The translations under genes were made by a program, and so were the position numbers. Shown here one piece after another: positions 22,101-31,019 of a DNA stretch of 64,000 bases; the first letter of the stretch is position 1; every line of letters begins with the position of its first letter. Under the pieces are notes generated by a model. It saw only the letters and a list, made by a program, of their open reading frames with translations, was not told where the DNA came from and did no database searches. Origin of the DNA: Octopus bimaculoides (taxonomy: Eukaryota); contig NC_068986.1 in the NCBI RefSeq assembly GCF_001194135.2, positions 72,229,798 through 72,293,797 of the forward strand, in the 5' to 3' direction.

Positions 22101-25100
22101 ATATAACAACCCTCCACATTCCCTGAACTTCACCCAGCCAAGTCTCGCACTTGCTGTTATAGCTGCTTCACATCCACCCTACCTCCCAAATAACAAAACC
22201 CTCTCAGTCTCCTCCTCATTACATAGTGTTTCCATGACTTTGCCAGCCCTCCAGCTCCTTTCTCACATCTTCCACAAACAGACTCTCTTATCAGTTTTGG
22301 GGCCACCTTCTTCATTTTCATACATCTACCATGAATCCTTTTCTCATATATCGTACACAACACTGCATTTGCCATTACCCTCCTCCCACATACACCACAT
22401 GGATCCACCTTACTCACAAACACTTCTTCCACCCCACTCACCATCACCCTTGTCTTCCCGAGGTTTACCTTCAAACCCTTGCTTTCAAACACCTCCTTCC
22501 ATTTCCAAAACTTCTCCCTCAATCCCTCCATCGTTTCACTCATCAGAACAAGGTCATCTGCATACTGTATCTCCATTAGCAGTCCCTCTCTTGCACATCA
22601 ACCACTATTGCAAACAACAATGATGACAACACAGATCCCTGATGCACACCAACTTTCACCACAAACTTTGTATCAATAAAAAATAAATAAACTTACGTCA
22701 TCTGTAAAATCCATGTTAAGAATTCTGTCTGCTTCATCCATAACCTAAATGAAATGTTCATATTAAAAGACATGAGAAGGTATATCTAAATAAAACTTCT
22801 GTAGTAAATAGTTTACTTCAATGTTTACATAAAAAGACATTTCAAAGTTTAAGGAACAAACTCAACAAATTCAATATCCTGGGTAAATCGAATTTTCTCA
22901 AACTGCAGTTCCTAGATATAGACTGCCATTTGCTTCCGTTCAGAGTGAGATCTTTTCAATGAACAATGTTGATGTTCAAGGACTCAAGCAGATGTTTTTG
23001 TTTTTTGTAATCTGATGAAATCTTTTCATACCAGGAACTAATTCTCTCCACGTACTAATTACTTTAAAAGCCTGAAATCAAAACAGATGGCATGACCAAC
23101 CCATCACATATAGTATTTGATGAGGTGAGCTATATAGAGACAATCTGCCTTTTCAAACATTTATGTGTCAGCTGTAAAAGATTTCCAACTGATGCTTTAT
23201 GTAGATATCTTTAAGAATCATTGATATAGAGTACATGTGTCTGATGACTGTGATAATGCAAGCATCACAGAAGCAAAGCTAGTTTCAAGTTCTTCATTTC
23301 TCCAGTGTCCCAGATGCAACCAAAGCCTTCTTAATCCTTAAGTTGATCTTTGAATCTTTTCCTACCTTCATATTCTTCATCACCCTGCCTACCATACTGC
23401 AATCAACTTCAATGGATAGCCCCTTTGTAGGATCTATTTGAGATAGGCCCTCCTTCTTTGGTAATAGCAAGTCCACATTTCTTTCTTTACAGTATTAATA
23501 AAGGGCAACAGTACTATGGATACACTTCTCCCAATCATTCTGCTTTGATATCTGGAAAACCTTGTGCTTCAGTAATTTATGTCTTAGAACATTAACAACT
23601 TTTCACTTTTGCCTTATCCTCTGGTTAAGCATAGCTGGTATCTAGCTTTTCTTGCTACAGAAATATAAATAACCTCACATACATAAAAAAATTATACACA
23701 GACACTATTTACATACTTATACATAAAAACAACCACATATATACAATCATGTATAAGGTGAAGAGTAGGGTAGAGCATTTGTTGTTGCTACTACTTGGTT
23801 TGGAGTGAGAAAAGTTATGCATTTTTGTCAAAGATACATTGTCTTGGTGTTGACATAACTATTGCACTGCAACCCTTCACACTATTATCCTAATTGTTAA
23901 AACTGCATCCCAAGGAATAAGCTCATTCTTCGCAAACAGAAAATAATTTACAACTAATCAGTTTTGGAAATAATACATTTTTAAATCTCTCAGAGAGATT
24001 TATGCAGTAGTGATACGATGAAGTAGTTGTATGCTGTCAACTTAATGTGACAGTCCTCTGAAGGGAATAATACTACTGTTGGTTAGACCTAGGAAGCTGC
24101 ACCGCTTCCTGTTGGCCGTGACACATTTCCTGTGTCCTTATGTTTACAAGGGAGAGACAAGCAGCCCCACCCAGCTAAGCCTGCATCCAGAGACAGGTTT
24201 CTAAGTCCTTGCTCGTCATCAGTCTGGAGTAGCATGACCTGCTAGTCGAAGATGCCTGTCAAGCTCTTGTAAACATATAATAACAAGCAAAGACTCAGAA
24301 ACATGTCTCTGGATGCAGGCTTAGCTGGGGGGGGGGGTGCTTGTCTCCCCCTTGTAAACATAAGGACACAGAAAATGTGTCAAGGCCGACAAGAAGTGGT
24401 ACAGCTTCCTAGGTCTAACCAACAGTAGTATTATTCCCTTCAGGGGACTGTCACATTAAGCTGACAGCATACAACTACTTCAACGAGAGGTATATACAGC
24501 AGAGAAAGTTACCACAAAGTTTTATACAGCAATATAAAAATTACTTTTATACTTACCAAATGTTTCAAAGCTTTCATATTGAAACCTTTTGTGTTTTCAA
24601 AATGGTCAACTAAACGCCCAGGTGTAGCTGAAAATAAAACAAATCAACAATAAAAAAAATCGGTTGTGCAGAATTTTGAATGAGGATATTTTCTATTCTA
24701 TAACTTTAAACTTATCAGTGCCTTTCGGGTGGAGTTTGGTAAACAGAAATTATGTGGAAGCCCACTGAATAGAATATAGTTGAATTACTCTTGTAGGAGA
24801 CACTGAATCTTGGAGGAAGGCAATGGCAAACTATGTCAGTAATGTCACAATAAAGATTTGTGAGTCCACACATCAATGAAGGGAATATAATAGATGAATT
24901 GAACTTACCATCTTACTGGCATTATTTTATTGACTTTGAAAGGATGAAATTCAAAACAACTATTGGCTAGCATTAAAAAATGCTGATGAAGCTCAATAGC
25001 CTTCTTGAACAGCTTGCACATCTAACAGATGTTTGTTCTGATCCGATCCTCACAGATATTTCAATAACATACAATACCATCTTAAAACACAGTGATCATA

Positions 25101-28100
25101 GTTTGAATTTTTCATATCGTGAAATTCTTTGTTGCTAGTGGAGGTAAGTTTTTAAAAATTTATTCCAGCTCTCGACCATAATCAATATACAATCACTGAC
25201 ACTCCTCTATTTCTAATTATAGCATCAAAGTAAATACATCTCTTCTGTGACTTCCACCTATCCCTTGAAGCACATGGTCTTCTTCATTTCATAATGGATT
25301 CTGCTGTTAGCTACTCTAGTTTCATTTACAGTTCTGCTGGATCAATGAATACTATCCACTGATTCATGATACAAATTCAGGTAGAGCAAACTCACTGAAA
25401 TTTTAAAAACTGAATCAAGCCTAATATCCACATGACAACGGACACTATTAAAAAATAATAATTGGATATTAAGTAACCCAACTGAAGATGTTAAACTTAA
25501 TTTTAAACAGTAACAAATATTGAAGTCTGAAATTGTATATGACAAGAATTAAGTTCACTAAATGAAGAAATATGCTTGTAAGTATAACAGTCATACTTAT
25601 ATGAATATACTATTTATTCAATAAGAGAATAGTTTTTGCTTTTATTTGTCAGTGTCCATTAAAAAACTTTGAATAAAAAGTGTCTTAAGCACAGGAAACT
25701 GCCAGAAGTTTCAGTCCTTTGTTGTCTCCTCTGTGAAGTCCAACATCTGAAGATCCTTTCTCACCACTTCATCCCACATCTGCCCCAAGGCAGTAAGCTA
25801 GTAGGAACCTTACTATGCTAGACAAAATGCTTAGTGGTTTTTCTTCCAGCTTTTTAGATCCTGAATTCAAATGCTGCCAAGGCCAACTTTGATTTTCATT
25901 TTTTGAGGGTCAGTTAAAATAAGTACCAGACAAGCATTGATATCAGTGTAATTGACTAACCCTCTCCCACTGACCTTCTGCCAATATTTGAAACAATTAT
26001 TTCTATTTGGGAGTGGTAGGATAACAGAATTGGTTGAGTGAAGATAAAATGTCTCTGTTTGGCTGTCTCATTATGTTAAATCTTTTACCAGTACTGACAA
26101 TGCCTTTCATCATACAAGGCTGGTAAGATAAGAACCATTCTATAAGAGTTTATTTCGCTTTCTTACAGGTTAATAGGATGGTAACCAAAATAGAAGTGTT
26201 TTTGTGTATTTAAGAAGTCTCTTGTTGTAAGGTTGAAAAGTGTACTTTAACCATTCCAAGTCCATCTTTCTGAAAGAGACCTTACAGTAGCCTTTAAAAC
26301 TTTCAGTAATTCAGTTTGAAAATAGCAGAAAAACTACTTACCAATAACTATATGAGGCTTTTTGGCCAGAACTAATGCTTGAGTCATCATATCAACACCT
26401 CCAACAATCACAGCTGAAAAGACAGCAAAAATTTTAGCTTTAGCTTTTCAACAAGCTAACAAATGAAGTACAAGGAAACATTGAAGAATCAACAGAAGAT
26501 ACAAAGTCTGGAGTTATCAATCATACTTGCTAAAATCAGATTAAAATGATACTAGTCATTTAGCTAACATTTTCTTCCCTTCATTACATCAAATTTATTG
26601 ATTTGAAATTTTCCTCACACTACACAATGGCACAAGCAGATCTGCAGGTAACTTTCTCGAATCATTGTGATATTGCACAGGTATTATCAATTAATTGGGT
26701 TTTTTTTTTTTTTTACACGAGTTGAAATACATGTTTTCATGTCTAAAAATATTAATCTATTTTAGTTAAGGGACTGCTGGTAAACTAGTTTTAGCAATAG
26801 TGATAAATGAGGTTATGATCAGTTGTAAAGGAGTTGATGCAAGAAGAGCAATTTATCAGATTAAACTTTGCTATTTGTTTTACAGTTCTTGATCCATTAT
26901 GTCATGCTGGGTTAAAGACACTTGACTATTTGCTTATGACTTGTTTGGATAGTTAGTTTGCAGTAGCATGTTATACTCAAGAAGACCTGTCCTCCACAGC
27001 AGAAGTGTTAAAGCTGCATCCCCTGGTGAAGAAGATTGGCCTGCAAGAGTCCTGTGCCAGTGCCACATAAAAAGCACTCATGCCAGTAGCACGTAAAAGA
27101 GCTCATGTTGGTGACATGTAAAAGCACTCATGCCAGTGGCATGTTAAAAGCACCCAGCACACTGTAAAGTGGTTGGCATTAGAAAGGGCATCCAGCCATG
27201 GGGACCAAGCCAAATCAGACTGGAACCTGGTGCAGCTTCCCAGCTTGTTAGCTCTGGTCAAACTGTCCAATGCATGCCAGTATGGAAAACACATTAAATA
27301 ATGATGATGATGTCATTCCAAAGTCGATTAATTTTACAAATATTAAATAAAAGTATTCAGCACCAACAAATACTGCAAAATAAGAAGTGAACAGTAGTGT
27401 GCAACCTGTGACTAACCCTTTGATACCAACCTGCTTGAGGCTGCCCCTAGCTCTATGATACAGACTTCCTGTTTGAAAGTGATCGAAACTAAAACTTTCT
27501 TTCAAACTTTCCTGTTAATTTATATTCCAAACACCAGCTTCATAACGACTAAATAATTTTATAAAATTCCTCATTATTTATTTTCAAAATGAATTAAAAC
27601 AAAGGCAGTATATTTCAGAAGAAATAATATAACGAAGGGATTAAATTCCACAAAAGATTTCTATCACTTAGTCAGAAGGAATGTAGTACCTGTGTTTTTT
27701 TTCAGGGCCTCTGTTACTAGTAAGAGGAGATATCAGACATGAATGTTGCAATAGAGTAAACTTCACTAAAGGTACCCAAGGATCAAATGATGGGATTAAA
27801 CCAAGTGACAACTTAATTTGTAAAAAGACAACATTAAATACTATTTCATTCAACCTGTGATACTGTAATATATTTGAGAAAGATATGAACATTATAACTT
27901 CATTTTTTACTTTCCCTATAAATCTGAGGTCATGAACTTTTGTGAAAAAAAAAACAAATCAATATGAATCAGAAGTCCAAAAGTTTTTAGTAAAACCCAC
28001 ATTAATTATGAAAATAACCCAGCCATAAAGTCAAATAGGTTTGTGATTATTCAATAATATACAGAGTAACAACTTATGTATATGTCATCTTAGGTCTTTT

Positions 28101-30502
28101 GCACTAAACAAATTTTTTAAATTTCAAACAAGATGGAGGAAAAAAAATATTGATGACTTCTTGTTATAAAAAAAGAATCACTGTTAGGGAATACATTTTA
28201 AGAAACTACCTTTGCTAATGTCAAAGTTTAACTTTTTCAATAATTACTAACTGTATTTAGAACATCTCTTACCACATTTGATACTAATAGCAGCTCCTAA
28301 AGCCTCAATTTGTTCAGATATCTGGAAAGCTAACTCTCGAGTTGGAGTGAGAATTAGACCAAATAAACGCTGGGGGTTTTCCAAGAGAGCTTGAAGAATA
28401 GGTATTGCAAATGCTCCAGTTTTTCCTGATCCAGTTTCTGCCAAACCAATGACATCCTTTCCTGAGCAAAAGAAAGAAATCAATATTTACTTTTGAATAC
28501 AAAACAAAACTAAATTTTTTTTACAAAATGATATATTTACTTGTTTACAAAAATGTTCAGCATGCTTTGGCAAATGCCTTTTACTATAGCCCCATGCCAA
28601 TCAAAGCCTGGTAAGTGGATTGATAGATGGAAACTGTGTGTATGTGCATGTTTGTGTCTTCTTGTCTTGACACATGAGTGATAGTTGTAAGAAAATATCA
28701 CCATCATACAAGTTGTATCATTTGTTTCTAGTCTTCCATCACAAGATGTTCAGCTAAGGGAAAATAAGAAATATTACCTTACTTGCAAAAAGGTGAGGGT
28801 TAGTGTCAAGAAGGGAATCTGGCCATAGGAAAACTGCTACAACAAATTCTGTCTAACACACACAAGCATGGTAAAGTGGATGTTAAAACGATGATGAACA
28901 CCAGTGGCATAACTACAAAAATGTGGCCCCACTCCTTTCCTCACAATGATTTTGTTACCCTGCAGTTTTCTTAAAATAGCATCTTTTAATGAAATTTCCA
29001 TGAGGAGATACATTTTAGGTGTGCAAACTGTGATCATTGGGGTGTGGGGGCTGAAAACAATCATCATTTCCATGCTGGCATGGGTTGGACAGTCTGATAG
29101 GAGTTGGCAAGGCCAGGGGCTGCACAAGGTTCCATGGCCTGTTTTGACTTGGTTTCTACAGCTGGACGTCCTTAATGTAACCACTTTACAGAGTGTACTG
29201 GATGCTTTTTATGTGGCACCATCACCGGTGTCTTTTAAGTGACACCAGCACCAACAGTAATGTCTTTTACATGGTGCCTTAGTGACTGAGCAAAGATTTT
29301 GGCTTTTCTGAAAGACCTTTCCTCCCCACCCATCACAGATTTTGTTAAATGCTTATTTTTTAATGAAATTTTCCAGAGCCAAGCTTTCAAGGTGAGGATT
29401 ATGATTATCACAACAGACTTTTTTTTTTTTGCAGTGTGTCAGGTAATTCCCAGCCTCTCTGGACCTTATAACCTTCTATGTTTGAAGTGAAATTTAAGTA
29501 GCTTTCCATCTTTGCTCAGGAAAATTCTCTGAAGGAGATGTCACATTCTGTAAAAACTGGCTTCATTAAGTTAACTTATACTGGTTGTCGCATCAACAAT
29601 TTTGATAAATAAAGTAAGCAAAAATTGCTATGTTGGTGGACAGAGATTCTAACTGGAATTAAAAGCAAAATCACAGGAATTACAGAAATGAATATTACTA
29701 CCTTTTAATGCAACAGGTATTGCTTCTTTTTGTATTTTGGTTGGATGCTTCCATTTCAGAAGTTCACATGCTTCACATAATACATCGACGACACCCTGGA
29801 AATAAATATAAGTGATTAGTGCAATAATAATGGTTTCAAATTTTGGCCCATGTCCAGCAATTTAAGGGTGAGAAGTTAAGTCAATCACACCGACCCCAGA
29901 GCTCAACCGGTGCTTATTTTATTGATCCCGAAAGGATAAAAAGCGAAGCCGACCTCGGTGGCATTTCAACTCAGAATGTAAAGATAAAGAATGTAGCTAA
30001 GCATTTTGTCCGACACTCTAACGTTTCTGCCTAATAATTTTAATACGTAGATAACTTGAGGCTTTAAATTAGATGAAAGGGAAGTTGTGACATTTATGCC
30101 TTTCCCAATGATTAAATGTCATAAGAAAAACGCTCAAATCAAGTTAATTGACAAAAGGTCTAACAATAAATAAAACAAGAATCATGTAGGAATTTAATTT
30201 AATAAAAAAAAATTAGAATCAATGTTTCTAATTAAAAGGAAATATTATGAGAAAATATTTAAGCGTGTTCTTTAGTTTGTTTTCTCCAATACGGCTTAGA
30301 CCATGTGTTCGAACACAAGCATTGGTGATACTACGACACATGTTAATATTACATTCAATTCAAACGAAATGTATTGGAAAATAAAAATCAAGTAGTCGTA
30401 AATGTCTCTTACCAAAGAACTAAATGTGACTTCCTCATTTTCATCGAATTTTGGCACTGATTCCTTTTCTCCTGGATCTGGTTTACCTTTAGCTTTTTCC
30501 AT
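12465..30502 (-). CDS. DDX47: DEAD-box ATP-dependent rRNA helicase DDX47/RRP3, 13 coding exons, 1344 nt, 447 aa
   Basis: join(30413-30502, 29702-29795, 28273-28461, 26342-26413, 24557-24627, 22697-22744, 21214-21285, 18863-18979, 16964-17110, 16113-16189, 14363-14494, 13205-13334, 12465-12569). All introns GT-AG with consistent phases. Motifs: Q (PTKIQ), [33 protein letters not shown]-like (SRGLDIP), [10 protein letters not shown], and [18 protein letters not shown] typical of DDX47/Rrp3. Confidence 0.96.
13205..13334 (-). CDS. DDX47: DDX47 exon 12 ([11 protein letters not shown]...AQRLAKL)
   Basis: 130 nt; TTTTAG acceptor, GTGAGT donor. Confidence 0.95.
13680..14110 (-). mobile_element. RTE/SINE 3' tail
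   Basis: CATCATCATTTAACATTTGTTTTCCATGCTGGC...GGATACCCTTTCTAATACCACCCACTTTACAG. Confidence 0.7.
14363..14494 (-). CDS. DDX47: DDX47 exon 11 (GLDIPHVD...[20 protein letters not shown])
   Basis: 132 nt; helicase motifs V and VI. Confidence 0.96.
16113..16189 (-). CDS. DDX47: DDX47 exon 10 ([25 protein letters not shown])
   Basis: 77 nt; AAAG acceptor, GTATGT donor. Confidence 0.93.
16964..17110 (-). CDS. DDX47: DDX47 exon 9 ([10 protein letters not shown]...LHGQLSQ)
   Basis: 147 nt; motif IV (IIFCNT). Confidence 0.95.
17318..17705 (-). mobile_element. Young full-length tRNA-derived SINE (family D) with 12-bp TSD
   Basis: Pol III A box TGGCCCAGTGG and B box GTTTCGATTCCC on the minus strand; (CAA)n tail; TSD TGCAATAAATAT at 17306-17317 and 17706-17717; CpGs retained. 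Confidence 0.9.
18390..18840 (-). mobile_element. RTE/SINE 3' tail
   Basis: GGATGCCCTTCCTAATGCCAG..CTTTACAGTGTG motif shared with the other copies. Confidence 0.65.
18863..18979 (-). CDS. DDX47: DDX47 exon 8 ([13 protein letters not shown]...FIPARFK)
   Basis: 117 nt; TTTCAG acceptor, GTACTT donor. Confidence 0.95.
19115..19984 (+). mobile_element. Internally deleted Tc1/mariner element
   Basis: [33 protein letters not shown] (mariner HTH), HQDNARP and later catalytic-domain remnants. Right TIR CATTATTTATGGGATGACCCAATA; left TIR remnant ATCCCATAAAT. Confidence 0.85.
19995..20270 (-). mobile_element. tRNA-derived SINE (family A), partial
   Basis: TTTACTTGTTTCAATCATTAGACTGTGGCC...AAATCCACTCACAAGGCTTTG. 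Confidence 0.7.
21214..21285 (-). CDS. DDX47: DDX47 exon 7 ([24 protein letters not shown])
   Basis: 72 nt; motif III SAT. Confidence 0.95.
21600..22670 (-). mobile_element. RTE-clade LINE, RT and C-terminal fragment
   Basis: ORFs 22157-22576 ([18 protein letters not shown]) and 21728-22000 (WYGHVLRR) with frameshifts. Confidence 0.9.
22697..22744 (-). CDS. DDX47: DDX47 exon 6 ([16 protein letters not shown])
   Basis: 48 nt; DEAD motif II; GTAAGT donor. Confidence 0.96.
23280..23640 (-). mobile_element. Degenerate RTE LINE fragment
   Basis: ORF 23294-23476 ([12 protein letters not shown]..) resembles the pre-RT region of RTE ORF2. Confidence 0.55.
24016..24485. mobile_element. 470-bp fold-back element with mirrored hammerhead cores (Penelope pLTR/retrozyme-like)
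   Basis: Arms of about 210 bp in inverted orientation (GAAGTAGTTGTATGCTGTCA..CCTAGGAAGCTG..GCTAAGCCTGCATCCAGAGACA vs their reverse complement) around a spacer of about 50 nt. No TSD seen. Confidence 0.85.
24186..24228 (-). ncRNA. Minimal type-I hammerhead ribozyme motif (helix II partly decayed)
   Basis: Minus strand reads TCCAGA-CTGATGA-CGAG-CAAGGA-CTTA-GAAA-C-CT-GTC-TCTGGA: perfect 6-bp helix I, intact CUGAUGA and GAAA, 2-bp helix III and a GUC cleavage triplet. Confidence 0.62.
24557..24627 (-). CDS. DDX47: DDX47 exon 5 ([24 protein letters not shown])
   Basis: 71 nt; motif Ib/Ic TPGRL. Confidence 0.95.
26342..26413 (-). CDS. DDX47: DDX47 exon 4 ([24 protein letters not shown])
   Basis: 72 nt; GG doublet; TTTTCAG acceptor, GTAAGT donor. 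Confidence 0.95.
26990..27312 (+). mobile_element. RTE/SINE 3' tail with internal ~25-bp subrepeats
   Basis: AAAAGCACTCATGCCAGT repeats, AAGGGCATCCAGC, (GAT)n end. Confidence 0.8.
27412..27644. mobile_element. piggyBac-like MITE
   Basis: (C)TAA-CCCTTTG ... GAAGGGA-TTAA ends; same family as the outer element at about 50835-51427. Confidence 0.5.
28273..28461 (-). CDS. DDX47: DDX47 exon 3 ([15 protein letters not shown]...PTRELA...SIKC)
   Basis: 189 nt; Walker A and motif Ia. Confidence 0.96.
28560..28897 (+). mobile_element. Composite SINE with RTE-type tail
   Basis: GATAGTTGTAA..TCACCATCATACAAG..ATATTACCTTACTTG..AAGGG.ATC.GGC..(GAT)n; related copies at about 40180-40500, 40680-40980, 43425-43650 and 47300-47610. 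Confidence 0.6.
29060..29300 (-). mobile_element. RTE/SINE 3' tail
   Basis: TCATCATTTCCATGCTGGCATGGGTTGGACAG...ACCACTTTACAGAGTGTACTGG. Confidence 0.75.
29702..29795 (-). CDS. DDX47: DDX47 exon 2 ([31 protein letters not shown])
   Basis: 94 nt; Q motif. Confidence 0.95.
29838..30030 (-). mobile_element. tRNA-derived SINE (family C)
   Basis: ATTGATCCCGAAAGGATAAAAAGCGAAGCCGACCTCGG. Confidence 0.75.
30413..30502 (-). CDS. DDX47: DDX47 exon 1 (MEKAKGKPD...EEVTFSSL)
   Basis: 90 nt; first in-frame ATG; GTAAGA donor; the TF..LG Q-motif start continues into exon 2. Confidence 0.85.
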
Positions 30503-30967
30503 TTTCTGAGATTTCAGATTCCGGAAGTTTAGTATAGATGTTATTACAAAAACTGTGATCTGAAAATAATACACTTCCTGAAAGTTATTTAATATTTAAC
30601 ATTACAGCATTATTTTGGTTTGGTAAAATATACCCTACAGAATTTTATTGAGTTAATAATTAACATCAAAAACGTATACGAGTTAACAATTTAAAATGTA
30701 TTTTATCTTTTTTATAATTATAGTTATGAATAAAAGAGAAGGAAGTATGCTAATTGTTTTAAATTAATTATACTCTTTATTATGTGGGCAGAGAAATCGT
30801 AATCATTGATGAAATAAAGTTTATAATCTAAAACTATTTGTAAAAAATTGGTGATCTTTGGCAAAATATTAAATGAATGAATTTTGTTACCTAAGTTTTT
30901 CTTCTTTTCGTTACCGCTACGTAAACAATTCCTTATTTTGGAGTTACTCATCCATAGTTTCACCCTC
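30503..30967. promoter_or_regulatory. Shared bidirectional promoter/5'UTR region of DDX47 and PHF5A
   Basis: 465 bp between divergent ATGs; ETS-type sites CCGGAAGT (30521-30528) and CACTTCCTG (30572-30580); locally CpG-richer than the introns. Confidence 0.75.
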
Positions 30968-31019
30968 ATGGCGAAACATCATCCAGATTTAATTTTTTGC
31001 CGAAAACAACCTGGTGTTG
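30968..31019 (+). CDS. PHF5A: PHF5A exon 1 ([17 protein letters not shown])
   Basis: 52 nt; GTAAGT donor. Confidence 0.96.

Noticed and set aside
26990-27160. Short spaced repeats AAAAGCACTCATGCCAGT resembling a repeat-spacer array
   Set aside because: Internal subrepeats of the RTE/SINE tail, seen in several dispersed copies; eukaryotic context, no unique spacers, not CRISPR.
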